From Camelus dromedarius (Eukaryota), in assembly GCF_036321535.1 (NCBI RefSeq), contig NC_087436.1, positions 22,136,001 through 22,200,000 on the forward strand: a DNA stretch of 64,000 bases. Reading direction: 5' to 3'. A program made the position numbers and the translations under genes. Below are positions 26,890-42,200 of the stretch, in pieces (the stretch's first letter is position 1; each line of letters starts with the position of its first letter). The notes under the pieces are model-generated. The model was not told the origin of the DNA, ran no database searches, and was given only the letters and a program-made list of their open reading frames with translations.

Positions 26890-29800
26890 TATATATATGA
26901 CTATTATTCATCCATAAAAATAATGAAATCTTGACATAACGAATCTATGACAACATGGATGGACCTTGAGGGCATTATGCTAAGTGAAATGTCAGACAGA
27001 GAAAGATAAATACTGTATGATCTCAATTATATGTGGAATCTACAAAACAAACAAAACATAACAAGCAAAAAAAGAACTCAGATTCAAAGGACAGATGGTG
27101 ATTGCCAGAGATGGGGTCGGGGGAGGGGGTGGGTGGAATGATGGAATGAGTGAAGGATGCCAAAAGATAAAAATTTTCAGTTATATAATAAATAAATTAC
27201 GGGGATGTGATGTACAGCATGATGACTATAATTAATATTACTATATTACACATTTGAAAGTTGCTAAGAGATTTTTAAAGTTCACAAGAGAAACTTGTGA
27301 CTATGTATGGTGACAGATGTTGACAAGACTTATTTGGGTGATCATTTCACAATATATACAAATACTGAGTCATTATGTTGTATATCTGAAACTAATATAA
27401 TGTTATATGTCAATTATACCTCATTAAAAAGACAAAGAAAAGAAGTATAATTAGCCTCATATATGGATCTGTGATAGAAGCTGACTGACAAAACTTAGAG
27501 GTCATGTTTATGGCAAAAATATAACCTTTTTGGACATGCAACTCTAGATTTAAAATACTGTCTCTAAACATACTGGAAATATTTGACTGTCTTCTAGCTT
27601 CTATTAGTGCTTTGGAAAAGTGAACATTCTGGCTAATTCTTATGGGGGTAGATAAGTGTACTGGGAACTTTGAATCTGGTCATTGGAGAATCAGATATTT
27701 GAAATCAAGATTTCTGATGCAGTATTAATTCTGATAATTCTAATGTCCAGACTGGACCTCTGAGAATGGATAGTTGCAGGATGGATGAATAGATCCTCAT
27801 TTTAATGTTCAGATATATGTATATATCTACTCAGGTAGTGAAAGAGATCAGTCTTATAGAAACCTAAAATGTTGAAAGGCTTTTTACCCTATGCATTGAG
27901 GAGACTTGAGCCACATACCAGGCTCCACATTGCTTAGAGCTTTACGTTCATTTCAACATCAAATTCTGTTTTTAATCAGTTTTCTTGGTAAACAGGAGCC
28001 AAATAGTCATAGATAACTTGACTGGTGGTTGACCTGATATTTTGTTGTCCATTAAGCTTTGCTGTATTGCAAAATATATCCATTGCCCAACAGCTATAGA
28101 AATAAAATCCTGCCCTGAAATTTAGGGCTTGGGAGTGCAATGGGAGTGCTGGCCTCATAGAAAAAGCATCAAATATTATCTTAATATCTAGCCCAACACG
28201 TTTTCTTTAAATCTTTTAAATCCTTGATGACATGACCATGTTCCTTCTCCCCAAATCACTGCTCATGCACCCCAAATATTCAGTTTGTTCATAGCCCCCC
28301 AGCCTCTGATAATATATGGTTTCTGGAAAGTATGTTATTGATTCATTGGCACTAAATTATGCATAATATTTGAATTGTAGTAGATCTTAAGCCAAGGAAT
28401 GAACCGTTCTGACGCTTAAGAAATAAATCACTTTTGTAGTAGGGTCATTTAAAACCTCTAATATAACATATCAATTGTCACCTACTGTATAAGTGGGTAA
28501 AGTTGACTAACAGTGATTGGAAGAAATTCAGAAATATATGTTTTCAAAGTAGGTATGATATATAAATTCATATATTTTTATCTATATTTATAAATACATA
28601 TGCTTCAAGAACATCTTTAGAAGAGAAAGGAGTTACTACGTGGTAAATCAGAGAACAGTAGCCACATTTTTTATTTGGAGTTTAATGTATCATTTTTTAA
28701 ATTTTATGAAGACTGTATGTCCTAGAACCTACTGAAACAAAGATGTAAAAGTAAAATTCTTAGAAAATCAAATACCTTATGGATTATGATTTTAAATTTT
28801 TGATCAGATCAATAATTAGAACGCTACCCTGATTAATGATTTTGTTCATTGATCTTGATCTAAAGTGCGTATCTTTGTAATTTAACTATCAAACTTTTAT
28901 TTTTTTCTCTTCCCAGTGTTAAAGAATCCAGTGTGTAAATTATATAGATTTCCCACATCTGACAATAAGTGGATGCGAATCCGGGAGCAGATGTCAGAGA
29001 GCATACTTTCTTTTCATATTCCTAAGGAATTGATCTCTCTTCAAATCAAAGAAGATTTGTGTAGGTAAGAGAAAATGATTTATGGTTGCCTCTTGCATTA
29101 TTTATTTTTTTCTATAAAACGTGTTTTTTCTTTAAGTATGATAATAACATAAAAGTCTAGACCTGCATTGTCCAGTATGATGGTCATGAGCCCTGTATGG
29201 CTGTTAATCACTTGAAATGTGATTAATCCAATTTGAGATGTTCTGGAAGTGTAAAATACATACCAGATTTTGAATTCTTAGCACACACACAAACAAAAAA
29301 AAGACTGATTTCATAATGAAATGTTAACATTTTGGCTATATTGAAGTTACATACAATATATTGTTAATTTTACATACTTTTCTTTGTACTTTTTACATAT
29401 GACTATGAGAAACTTTTAAATTACATGTGTGACTCTCATTTATGGCTTGCATTATATTTCTGTTGTAAACTTGGTATCTAGCCAATAACCTGAACTTCGA
29501 GCTTGCTTATAATCTGTGTGTCTTTACCTCATCTAATTTTGATTACTATTTCTGTAAGAAATTCCTACTTGACTCTTCTTTGGATTACTCATCTGTAACA
29601 AGACTTTCAGATATTTGTTGTTCTAAAAACTCTTTGAGATGATTGATAAAGTATGCTATGTGAATGGACAGTATTGTTAATACAACAAAATTAAATCTGT
29701 TGCTATAGTACAACAAAAGGATTTGAGAGCTGATTGTTGATAAGAATATTTCTGAACCATGACTAATGAAACAATTTGTTTCTCTGCCTTATAAACCTCT

Positions 29801-32800
29801 AGTGACTAAAAATGCTGTTGTTACACCTCATTCATTATACTACAAATACTGTTAGGGCTCTAAAACTCAGAAGATTGGCAAATATTTTTGAGTTAACATT
29901 TTGTAACTGGTGAAATACAGCAGAGTGTGAAATGTACAAAAGTTGGTATTCCAACATATGCTCAAAAAGAGTTACCTGATAGCATTGTACCCCTGTGGTC
30001 TCTGCGGTCCGTAGGGATGCCATATTGACCTTAGCCAGTGAGCACACTCTGGACAGGGCAGTATTGACAGTATTTGTTAGGACAGGAATGACTGCACTAA
30101 TGCTGTATGTCCAAGTGAGGGGGGAAAATAAAAGATAACAAACAGAACCTGGATTTTAGGGGAAATCAGACAGAGAAAAAGAGAATTGTAGTATAAATTA
30201 ATATAATGTAATCATTAAATTATATTATAATATGCAGTTAATATGATATAACATAATATAATAAATTAAATTGAGAATATAAGAATGGGACATCCTTCTG
30301 CAAAAGGACTTGAAACATTTTTGTTGATTGGGGGGAAACTCCAGCCTAGACAGAGCTTTATTCTGAAGTTCTTTTCTCAGCCTCTTTTACCCCTCATCTT
30401 ATGCAGATCCCAGAAAGTATGTTACTCGCCTCAGCCTTCCTTCCAACAGCACAATTTCAATAGATTTTCTCACCTTGTTTGATGAAGACTGTGGGTGCTG
30501 TAGTGCTGTTTGTCTTTCAGTACTTGCAAAGAGGGCAAAATACTTCATTTGCACGCTTGGAAATCTATCCTGAGGGAATTATTATCAATTATTTTAATTG
30601 TTAATTAATTATTATTAATTTTTTTTAAAGCTTGCCGTTTTTTCCTCCAGAAGAAAAAAAAAAGTTGCCAGGGCAACTTTATATCATGGTCATTTACATT
30701 GCTAAGGAACCAAAACAACTATTTTCTGAATCTTTGAAAGAAATATTAACTAAATTGTATCATTTTAGTTGGTGAAGAGCAGTAAGTAAATGAGGAGCAA
30801 ATATAAGTTGTCAGTAAGTCCTTTTTTATATTTTGTTCTGTGTAGAACCTGTGGACAGATGGAGACAGTTATGGGTGGATAGAGAGAGAGACAGCCAGCC
30901 AGCTAGACAGGCAGGCAGACAGAGAGATACAGATGTACAATATTTTCTTTCTTTTCTTTTCTTTTTTAGGAAAGTCAGTAAATACAGTATGAACTTAGCC
31001 ATATATCAGGATTCACAAAAACTTTTTCTTTTTTTTTTAACTTTTTCTTAAAGCACTAAATAGTAAATACTTTACAAAATAGTTTACAAAAGCGAGCTGT
31101 CCCCTCTTAATTACCAAGATGATGAATTTGCAAACATGATCAGTCCTTGACTTCTGTGAAGTCTGGATTTTGGAAATCCTACACTTTCATGATACATTGA
31201 CCCTTTTAATCTCCCTTTTCAGCCTAGATGTAAACTTTTCTACTTAAGCTGGTGACCAAATGCAGTCAACTTCTCTGAGTTGATGTGTTACCATTTCTCT
31301 GTAGGAGTGTTTAGGGAATTATCTGAATATTTTGTTACATAACTTCTCCCTTACCAAGGGAGTGGAAAGTGGAAAACTGAAAAGACTGCTGTGATTGATC
31401 TCAGCCTCATAAACTCACAGATAAAGATTTCCTAAATTTGACTATGGATTTAATTGTGAAAGAAAACAGCAGTTAAGGAAGGGAACTAAGGAAATATGAG
31501 ATGTGCTTATAATCACAATTGTATCTGAAAGACAAATTATTACTAGTGTTTCATTTTTTAACTCGGTAAGAATGAAATTCCACTTACACATTTGAGTGTA
31601 TTACTAATTTTATCACATCTGGGTTTGATACGCACTTAAGAGTAAGTTAGCATGAGCCTCTTGCAGGGACCACATGTGTGCATAGTTTTGCCTCTTTGCA
31701 TAACGGATACCTTTATGTATAAATGAGGAAAATGTTATCCTTCTCAGCCGTGGAGTGTGTATGTTGGCAGGTACATAACGATGCAGCAGTTATTTTCCAT
31801 CACTTATACACGGTGTCTGTCCTTGACTGCAGCTGCCATCTAACAATTCTCTTGCTGTTAGGCTGTTAGTCTCTTAGTCTCTTAGTTTATATGACATTAG
31901 ACTCAATGGGAACTACTTATATTACATTTGAGGTTGTACACACACAAAGTCTTAGGGCTTTGATAGCATTTAAATTCTTTGGGGGCTCCTTTTGATTGAC
32001 CTAAGCATTAAATACCTTCTGCATTCAAGTTCAGGTACATAACAGCTTTTGCATTGGCTGTGAGGTGTTTTCACAGTACTACAGTTTGAATTTTATATTA
32101 TAGTTTAGGTCCAAAATAATCACAAGCAGGAAATCCTAGAAATCAATTTATGTTTACTGCTGTGAAGAAAGGCTTATATTGTGCTTAGCAGTTTTCTGAT
32201 TCTTTGCTCCTGGAGCCATATTTTACAAATATATAAAATGTATGGTGAATTTTTTTTCTAGAAAAATGATATATGCTCACTATAGAAAACAGTGAAAATA
32301 CACAAAATATAAAAAAGAAAAAGGAAAATCACTCTAAACCCACCACCCAGAAGAAATATTGTGTCTTTATGTTCTACATCTACTCTTAATCTTCATGAGC
32401 CTCTCAATGGGAAGCAGAGTTTTGGTCCCATGACTCTCCCACCCTGTATCATGTTTAATTTCTAGAAGGAAAATAGACTAGAAATACACTAAACTATTAG
32501 TAATATGCACACTAACACTAGCAATGATTATTTCTGGATGGTGGATTTAGAACAGTAACTGGGTTATTATGGAGTAAGTATAATGGAAAGGGAAGGAGAG
32601 AGATATGTTGAAGATGGCTCAGAGATGCGAAATACATCAAGGGATGTGTGTGTGTGTTTGTGCGCGCGCGTGCATGCGCTTATATGCATCTTCCTGTTTT
32701 AATAATGCCTCAAGCTTTAACTTCTTTCGGCTTGGGTTGCACACAGACAAGTTATGTAGGTCTCGCCAAACTACCACCTATACAATTTTTATAGCTTGTT

Positions 32801-35800
32801 TTCGTGTTGCTACATACTTTGTTTATGTTGAGTGTTTTCTTCAGATTTTGCACTACTTCAAAGGTTAGCTGTCCTTATCTACATTGAAATATTAGTTAAT
32901 TGATAAGATGATGGAACTTGTGGAGTTGAAGCTTCATGACAGCTCTACACACGGTAATAAATGACCATATGCAAACATATGTTTAAATGGGAGACTTTGG
33001 GAAGCCATAGTGTGTTTGGCTTTATCAAAAAAGTATACTTTTCTACCTTATAAAATGATGGAAACCTATTATGGCACAAAAAGTTTTAAAGAAATGAACT
33101 TTCATATTTCAGTGAAAATGAACTCCATGGTCCATAAAACACCCCAGGAAAAAATTAGTTTGATTAATATCCTTCATTTCTTCCCTATACCTGTTTTTCT
33201 TCCTTGGTCCCAAAGGTGGGGAAGGAGAGAAATTTTCTGGCATATAATTTTGGGAGTCTAAGAAGAAAGAATAAGAATATTTTGTAACAGTTGACTTTAA
33301 GGAGTTCTTAGATTTTATAAGACATAAAAAAATTTGTGTGTGTCATGCAGAAGAACAGTCTTGTAAATAAAATATTAAAAATATGAACCAAATACTTTAG
33401 TAGGGAAAATGTGATAGGATTTTGGGACACACAAACTCTAAAAGTTTTCTAAACATTTCTTTGAGAGAATGTACATAATTTGTCTTAGATGATTTGTGTT
33501 TGTAACCATTGTACATATACTAAATTCATAGTGATAAAATGTTATGTCAGTGAAGACAGACACTTTTGTTCAGTGTTATATATTTCAAATATTCTGTATT
33601 TATTTTTAGAGTTCTGTTACAGACTGTGAAAGTTGTATCTATCTATATCTTAAATCTATTTCTTGAGCATAGTATATTCTTATATATTCAAAAGATGGTC
33701 AGTAAGATACATTGAAATCCCAGGTTGAAAGCTTACTTGCCGCACTGAGTACCATTTTAGAGACATGTTCTACATGCTTACTTAAATATTATCATATACT
33801 GTTAAATTGGTTTTCTAACACTGTACCTAGTTTAAGAGAAATGCAGAAGATACTCAATTTTCTAACCTTGCACCTTATCTTAAAGCATAATGAATAAAAA
33901 ATATTCATTATATTTCAAGCTGATTATGCTACAAGTGCCATTTTAGAAGTGTTCAAAGTATATATTAGAAATTATAAACTAGAACTAGGGTATATTCAGA
34001 TAAATTCTACTTCAAAAATGTCCTCACTATGCAGAAAGATATACGGTAGGATTTTACAACGTAGAGAGTCAGCCTGTCCACTTAACGTGGTTTGATGACA
34101 TTCTCAAATATAATTTATGTACTTTTTTTCCAAAATTTTTTTATCACCAGACAAGGTTCCCCCTTTGCACAGCCTACGGGCAAGCAAGGGCTCCTGTCTA
34201 CCTATGTTTCCAACCTCATCTTACACCTTATTTATTGTGGCCTGGCTGAAGCAATGACTTTTGAGTCATCTGTTGATATTTGCATACTTAGATAAAATAA
34301 AGACACACTGAAAATCTTTACTGACCTTAAAGAAACATTGACTAGTGGGAAAAGTGATAGGGAGCCAGCTATTGTATTTAGATCTCATATAGATCGAATG
34401 AACCTCAAACCGATGACTTTCATGGCTGTTTTTATAATGTTGTCTCTCCTACTTGGTTTCTCTTTGTGCTTCTTCTGTCTCTCTTGCTTGCTTTCTCTGA
34501 GGAAAATCTTAAGTCCTCAAGATCCAAAAACTGATGCATAAAATATATCACATCAGGACTCCACTGTTGACTCATACCTGATTAGTGTTATTTCTTCTGT
34601 TCATTTTTCTTCATGCAATGTTGATGCACAGTTGGAATACCATGCAGTATTTTATTTATCATGGAAAATGCATTTGCCTTACCAACTCCCAGTATTGAGG
34701 GCAGATGCTATGTGCCGTTAAGTTCCTCATTATGGATTCTTGGTATCATTTAATGAGAGATCCTGTAGAGCGCTTAGCATCACCAAGCTGGCAGTAGAAA
34801 TATGTGTTTTATTTTGATCTTTGGTTATTACAGTATCCCCACAGGAACAAATAAGGAAAAGCTCATTCAGAAACATATTCGGCTATTGTGCCAAGATTCT
34901 TTATTTCAAATGGATAAAATAGGTAAGAGTGTGTGTTGTGATGATAAAAACACAGCATTGGAATAATTATCAATCCGAGTTTGAAACCTCTGTATTTGCC
35001 ATTTGATACATACTTATAATTTATAGAAAATTACTTAATATCTCAATTTTCTTTTTTTTTAACTTTTTAGATAATAACTTTATCATTTATCCTGCAGGAC
35101 TACTGTAGTAATTAACTGAACAATCAGGAGACTTTAGCACTTATGACTATGGGATTTGGTGTGTGTTTGTGTAAGTGTACCTCTGGGGTTGAAACCTGGC
35201 TCCCCAACTCCACTTAATAGCTGTGTGCTGTGGCACACTTTACATTAAGTATTCTAACCTTCAGTTTCCTCGACTGTAAAGAAGGGATTAAATAATAAGT
35301 GCAGATGTTATTTTGAGGTTTAAAATGAGCTGTTGATGAAAAATGCCTGGTGCATACATACATACATAGGCCTTTCATGTGCAGAAACCACTCTTACCAA
35401 TTCTGTAAAGAATCATATTACAGAGTAGACACTCAGTATATCAAAACTATTATTGTTGTTTTTCACTTTAGCTGAGTGTTGGTAGTCTTTCAGACACAAA
35501 ACCAAGCCTATAATTTATTTCAATTTCCTTTAGTTTGCTAACCTAGCATATGCCTCATAGGTATGTTTACCATATGGTGTCACAGATTTCCTGCGGGCAG
35601 AAAAGTGGCCTGGGCATGTCTTCTCCCACAAAGCTGATGTGCTTAGAGCTGAGACTGATTTGGGGATGATAGTCAGGTTCAGATTAGTTAGAGCCTTCTG
35701 GGACACAGAAAAGAAAGAACTTGTCAATTTTCTTATTGTGTTATTCCTGGAATCTAGCATAATACCTGGCATAAAATAAGCACTCAGGAACGTACTCTTT

Positions 35801-38800
35801 TCCCAAGAACAGCTGAAATTGTGAGAAGAGAATGACATGATTACATTTAGAAAAAGGAAGACATGAGTGGAGGGATAAAACAATTCAGAGAATATTGTGG
35901 TTGCCTAGGTTAATAATGATGGTGCCTGAGACCACAGTGGGGTGTGGGGGAAATGGTGAAATGTACAAACATTTGGGATTTTTTTTAGGGAACTAAACTC
36001 AGCAGGGTTTGTTGATGGATTATATCTGGAGATAAGGTGTTCAGGATAACTTAAGCATCCTGACCTACATGACTGAAAAGATAAGTATAATTCATTGATG
36101 GAGGAAATAGTCAGCAAGCACAAATTTAGAAGGAAAAAGGACCCTCTTTGGCTGTTAGTTGAACCAGCTAGGTCTGTGCTATTGAATACGGAAGCTACTT
36201 GCCCCATGTGGCTATTGCAAGTTAAGTTAAAATTTGTTAGAATTAAATGAAATTAAAAATTTAGTTTCTCCATCACCTCAGTCACATTGTAAGTGCTCAA
36301 TAGTCACATACAACTATTAATTATCCTAATTAAAAGTGCAGCTTTGGAAAATTTCCATCATCACAGAGAGTTCTGTTGCACAGCACTGATCTAGGGTAAC
36401 CAGCAGTGGCATCTCTAAATTTAAAAAGAAGAACTCCAGTAACATAAACTCCTCCTTTCTTCCTGCCCATTGGAATTTAATGTAAAGAAGGAGAAGGTTG
36501 ACATCAAGCTTTACCCTTGTTAGCAAAAGACAGAAACGTTTTGTTGTTGATTTTTTTTCCCGCAAGTTGATAATATCAAGATGTATGTTCTTGCTGTGAT
36601 TTCTAGTGAGAATGAGATTGTGTTATGTTTCTATTGGAGAATCTATCTAGCGTAGTAGTTTAAAGCATGGGCACCCTAGACAAACCTCCTGGGCTTAATA
36701 CCAACTCTGCTACTTACTATCTGGATGACTTTGGGTAACTTACTTATCTTCCAAGAGTCTCAATTTCCTTATTTGTAAAATAAGGGTGATAATAATAACA
36801 CCTACTTCTCTGGGCTGTTATGCATAGCAAATGAATGAATATTTGTCAAGTTCTTATTATAGTACCTGGCATGAATAAGCATTAGAAGCATTACATAAAT
36901 ATTTGTTAAATGAATAGAAAATACATAACGTTTTGTTTTGTTGTTTGACATCCCAACCATTATGTTAGCCAAGGCTGTCTGGTAAGGGCACACTTGAGCC
37001 AAATATTTGCACTGGCTCTCTGTTGACCTGGGTGGAAGTTACATTCATATGAATCCCTTGGGCAAGAGATTCCAATCTTGTCCTCCTATTCAGGGATACT
37101 TTCTTAAAAGAAATCATACTCACCAGGAATTGACATAAAAAAGAACAAAATTTGCAGTCATGTGACCTATGTACAAGTCTTGATTCTGCCACTTCCTAAC
37201 AATGTGGTGTTGAACAAGTCACTCTACTTCTGACTTACATTCTTCTCATTTGTCTAGAGCAGCGTCATTCCATAGAACTTTCCATGATGATGGAAATGTT
37301 CTATACTGTACTGCCTTGTATGACAGCCACGTGGTTATTGAGCACTTAAATTGTGCCCAGTGTGACTGAATTTTTAATTTTGTTTAGTACAGCTCTGGAA
37401 CCAGTATATCTGAGGATTGTATTGGGACCAAAGAGACACCTATGCACAAGTAACCTTAATTACCTGGAAAGACTTTTGGTGTCCACCAGAGAGCTCTACT
37501 GCCAAGCGCTTTGCTGAGTTTCTTGAACTCCATCTACCTGTGAAACTGAACCGGGTGACACCTGTACTCCAGGTCCAGGGCTGGGGATTCAAAGGGGAAA
37601 TACCCACAGATGTTTGCACTTTCTAAAAGTATGGGCAGGAGTAATGAAAAGTGATGATAGTGTGAGCATACGTTCTTGTTTTACTAGCCTTTCAGGTGCA
37701 GTTAGTAATTTTTAAGGCTGTCCTGAATGAAAAGGCATGTATTAATAAAGGTGGATTTAGCAGGAACTTCATATAACATGCCACCACCTTAAAGCATAAG
37801 TAGAACACTGAGCTGTAAGGTATTTTGAAAAACGTCCATGTTTGACAAACTTTGAAGGATAAATAAGACATTATTTAGAAGTAAATCAGCACCAAATTAT
37901 CTTTATCAGGAACAGCAAATAAAATCTCAGGACGGACTAAGACATGCTTATCATTCCTCATTTTTTTTCTAGTTTGGTTACCTAGAATTAAATTATAGAA
38001 TCTCCCTACTTATCAGATACAAACAGATTTCATGACAACAACTAGATCCTGTGGTTACTGGGTTCCAATTCTTAGTCTTTGCATATAAACTTGAAACCTT
38101 GAGGGTACAGTACAACAGCCGCTTATTTTAATGTCAATTGAAAAATCAGTGAATGACCATTCAGAATATCCAGTCATTTTTCAGTGAAATAGTGGCCCAT
38201 GAATTGCAACATTACCCACATTGTCATTTACAAAAATCCATTAAAAAAAAAAAGCCTGTGATTTATGGATGCAGCTTTTATCCCTCTGTGGGTTAAAGCA
38301 CAGACAGTTTGAACTGTGGGTTGAAAATACTGTGAAATTTGACATGTAGTTGAAATTTGTTCAGTTTTATGGTGTCACCTGACCACTTTACAAAATGAAG
38401 CCCCCCACCAATCATTTATGTAGTCTCTTCTCCATTGACTATTTAGTATTTAATTTTTTTTCTCATTTCTTTTTTTTATGTAAATTTTTTATGACTTCTT
38501 TCCCATTTGCTTTAAGGTCTACTCTTGTTTAATGAATGAAAGCAGTTTGGCCATTAAATTTGTCACCCATGTACACCCACATGTAGTTTTAGAGTGTAAT
38601 AACTACCAAAAGGCTCTTTGTAAATTGTGTGGCTATTTTTATTCTATACAATGGTATTGTACAGCTCATTGTGGGAAAATATTTCCATTTACTTAGATAA
38701 TAACAATTTCAAATAACATTTTAATGTCTTTCTTACTGGGCTGTATCCTTTAAGAGATAAACTTTTATTAAGTTATTTGGTCTTACTACAGTCTTGGAAG

Positions 38801-39220
38801 TGAATTAACTGTTATTCTTGGGCACTCTTTCTTACAATAATTACTATTCATAATTTCAGAAATTTTTGACTTTACATAACCAGATTTTTTTTAAGTTGAT
38901 TACTCTAGGTTTACACTTTTAATAAAATAGGTGCTCAAAGGTGGAGCTTTGGCCTCAGAACTAGAGATATTATTTATTCTGTATGTTCCTTAGACAAGCA
39001 GAGCATCTCTGTGGTCATTTTTCTTTTGAAGGTGTCAGCAGGGCATTTGTAAGATGTGATGGGAGGGATAAAAGGTTGTGAAAGAGCCTAAACTATATGC
39101 TAGATGTTTCCATCTCAAATCCTTCCCCGCCAATTTCTTTTACACCAAACAGAGGGAAATCTTTGCGATGGAACATCTACATAGTGTATTACTCAGGATT
39201 CTCTAGAAACACAAAGCCAG

Positions 39221-39257
<37 letters not shown>

Positions 39258-42200
39258 TGTGAAGACTCAGTCTGAGACCTTCAGGGTTAGTCAGCAAGTG
39301 GAGACCCAGAAGAGCCTATCCTGTAGTTCTAGTCCAAAGGTCAGCAGGCTTGAGACCCAGGGAAAGCCAGGGTTTCAGTTCAAGTTCAGTCTGACAGGAG
39401 AAGTTCTCTTTTATTCAGGAGAGAGTCAGCCTTTCTGCTGTGTTTGAGTCTTCAACTGATTGGATGAGGCCCACCCAGCATAGGTAGGGCAATCTGCTTC
39501 ACTCAGCCTATTGATTTAAGGGTTAAACTCATCCAAAAACACCCTCATAGAAACATCTACAACCACATTTGACCAAATATCTGGACACCTTGTGGTCTAG
39601 CCAAGTTGACACATAAAATTAACCACCACAGTAAGAAATGCCACATGAAGATACATTTTCAGAGCTTTCTCTATCCCTAAGGAAGACTTGCCCAAACTAG
39701 GGGTACAGACCTAGACCATGTAAGGTTACAGGACCCAACAGTGACTCATGTATCTATTGCCTGTATCCATTTTAACTGGAGCAGAGCTCAGCATTCTACT
39801 TTAGGGTTAGTTTATATTCTGACTTTATCTCGAATTTCAGGAAAATCTAAGAACATCAGTCTGCAAGCAAACCTTTTACTTATTCAGTCAACAAGCCGAT
39901 GTAACACTTTCTATGGACTGAGAACTGTGGCAGGACAAAATGATGACTAAGACAAGTCCCTACAACTCACAGACTCAGAGCAAATTTTCCCTATGTTGGA
40001 ATTTTCCCCCTTGAATACATCATCAGTAGGTTTTAAAACTATCTTTTAAATGGAAGCTTTAAATAAATGCTTAACTTTCTCCTCTTTTATCTGTGTTCTA
40101 TTTTGGTAGTCTCAAACTTAGTTTTATTTTTTAACAGCAGGAACTTTTTTTCCCAAACAGAACTGCACATGGAATTCCAATATTAATCAGAGAGATTCAG
40201 TTAGAGCTGGTGGGTGGCTGGATGAAGGAAAACAGCCTGCTGCCTATTCACTTACTTGGCTTCCCTGTGGTCCAACACCTGCCCCATCCTTCTATCCTCA
40301 ACAGCCTCAGGGGTGTAAAGAACGAAGTTTAAAAACCATTTATTTGTTTAACATTCTTTTCAATGTTTTATGCGTTATATGTAAAAACTGTAAAGCAGGT
40401 TTGGCTGTTTCCCTTCCAATTCCTCTATGACTTATTTCGTGATTCAGTTTTCTTCATTCTTCATAGAGTCTGGTTTTTTTGGGGGGGAGGGATCACATTT
40501 TATCTCCATGTTATTTAATAGTCTGTGTTTCAAACACATTATAAACTTAGTAGTGTATCCACATTATGGAAGGTTCAGAGGATCACAGTGACCTCTCCAG
40601 GAATTGCAATTTCCCTAAAGAAGAAGAGCATGTATTTTTGAAATATTTAAACAAAGTAAGATAAAGCAAACCATATAGACAAAAGAAAAGTGCACCATAA
40701 GGTTATTTCCAGAGATCTGTATGAATATTTCATCAAGTATCAAGAATGTCATACTTTATAGTTGGAATGTCAGGAACCATAGAATGTTAGATATTTTTCA
40801 AGGAGGCTCTTGCAATCACCTGTCTCTCTTGGAGATTTATTTTCTATGATTTGCCTTGTATTTTTGTAGGTAGTGAAGTGCAAGTGGATGGATGGCAGTA
40901 AGTTCCAAAAAAACTTTAGTGTGTAAGCGGCCTAAGCTTATTAATATTTGAATATTCAGTCTTTTCACCTTCCTGTGCCCACCTATTGGAGTCTCGGAGA
41001 ATTAGAAAGGGTTAGAGACAAGCTGGAAGATCGGTTTTAGAAACAGAACTTTAGTGAGAGTAAAGCAAGAGTTCATAAGAGATTATATGTGTTTAGCAGG
41101 GCAGTGAATTTTCCACAGAGAAATTTTTGTTGTTATTGTTGTAAGGTAGCACTTGAAGGAAAGAGCTTTTGAAAATAGAAAATTGTTGTTACTGTGAGTG
41201 AAATGAGAATGTTTATAGATGAGAAAGAAGTAGTTTACATTTTACTTATTTATTTATTTAATTGAAGTATAGTTGATTTACAAGGTTGTGTTAATTTCTG
41301 TTGTACAGGGAAGGAGTACTTTAAAAAAATATTTTCCTATGGATTAAAACCGCTTTTACAAAGCTCATCACCTTTTCCATACATACCAAAGGTTTAGTAA
41401 AGATGTGTAACTAATTAACTCTAGCGTTGATGCCAGATTTCTGTTTAGCTAAATGTAACAACATGCAGACTGGTCCACAGGGGCCACGTCTGCGGGTCTC
41501 ATGTACTAGACACCGCTGTGCTCTTGAATGTATTTTAGAGATGATTACTGCATATCTAATAACTGTGCCATTCAAACTAAAAGATTCAGAAGTAAAGAAT
41601 GCAAAATTACAATGTATCCTTTGTTCAGGTTTAATGTTAAAAGTACATGGAAGTTGATAAATGTAATTCTGGAAGGCAATAGGTCCAGGTTCTAAACCCC
41701 ACTCACTCAGCATATGTTCATGGAGTACCTTCAATAAGAAAGGCACTTGTGCGGCTTGTGATTTTGTTAATTTGTTTTGTGTTTCTTTGTTTATACAGTG
41801 GAGAGTTTTATAGGGTGAGGAAAGAGTGGACATGGAGATTATAGTCTAAAAGCCTTATGGCTTTCTAGTGACTCTGAGACGAACAATCAGTTTTATTTAG
41901 AGGCCACCATCTGTGAAACAAGAGGTTTCAAATTATTTGCTAAATTATTTCCTTCCAACTGTGAGTCTGTAGTGGTTGTTTTCTTTTACTGTGTCAGAAA
42001 GGAAATATTAACTCTGGTATCCTAGAACTTGGGTAATCTAATGGGATATTTTGCAAACGAAGGAGGTGCTAATAATTACAGTGTAATAATGGATGTAAGC
42101 TGGTACATGTGGTTGCTCCACCTCTAACATTTGTTGGTTCAGTGACAAATGATGGGGGAAATCAGTTAATATAGCACATACATGTACACACAAAAAAGAC

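Noticed and set aside
30190..30285. Very AT-rich quasi-palindromic stretch
   Set aside because: Low-complexity (TAA/ATA) sequence in which self-complementarity is expected by composition.
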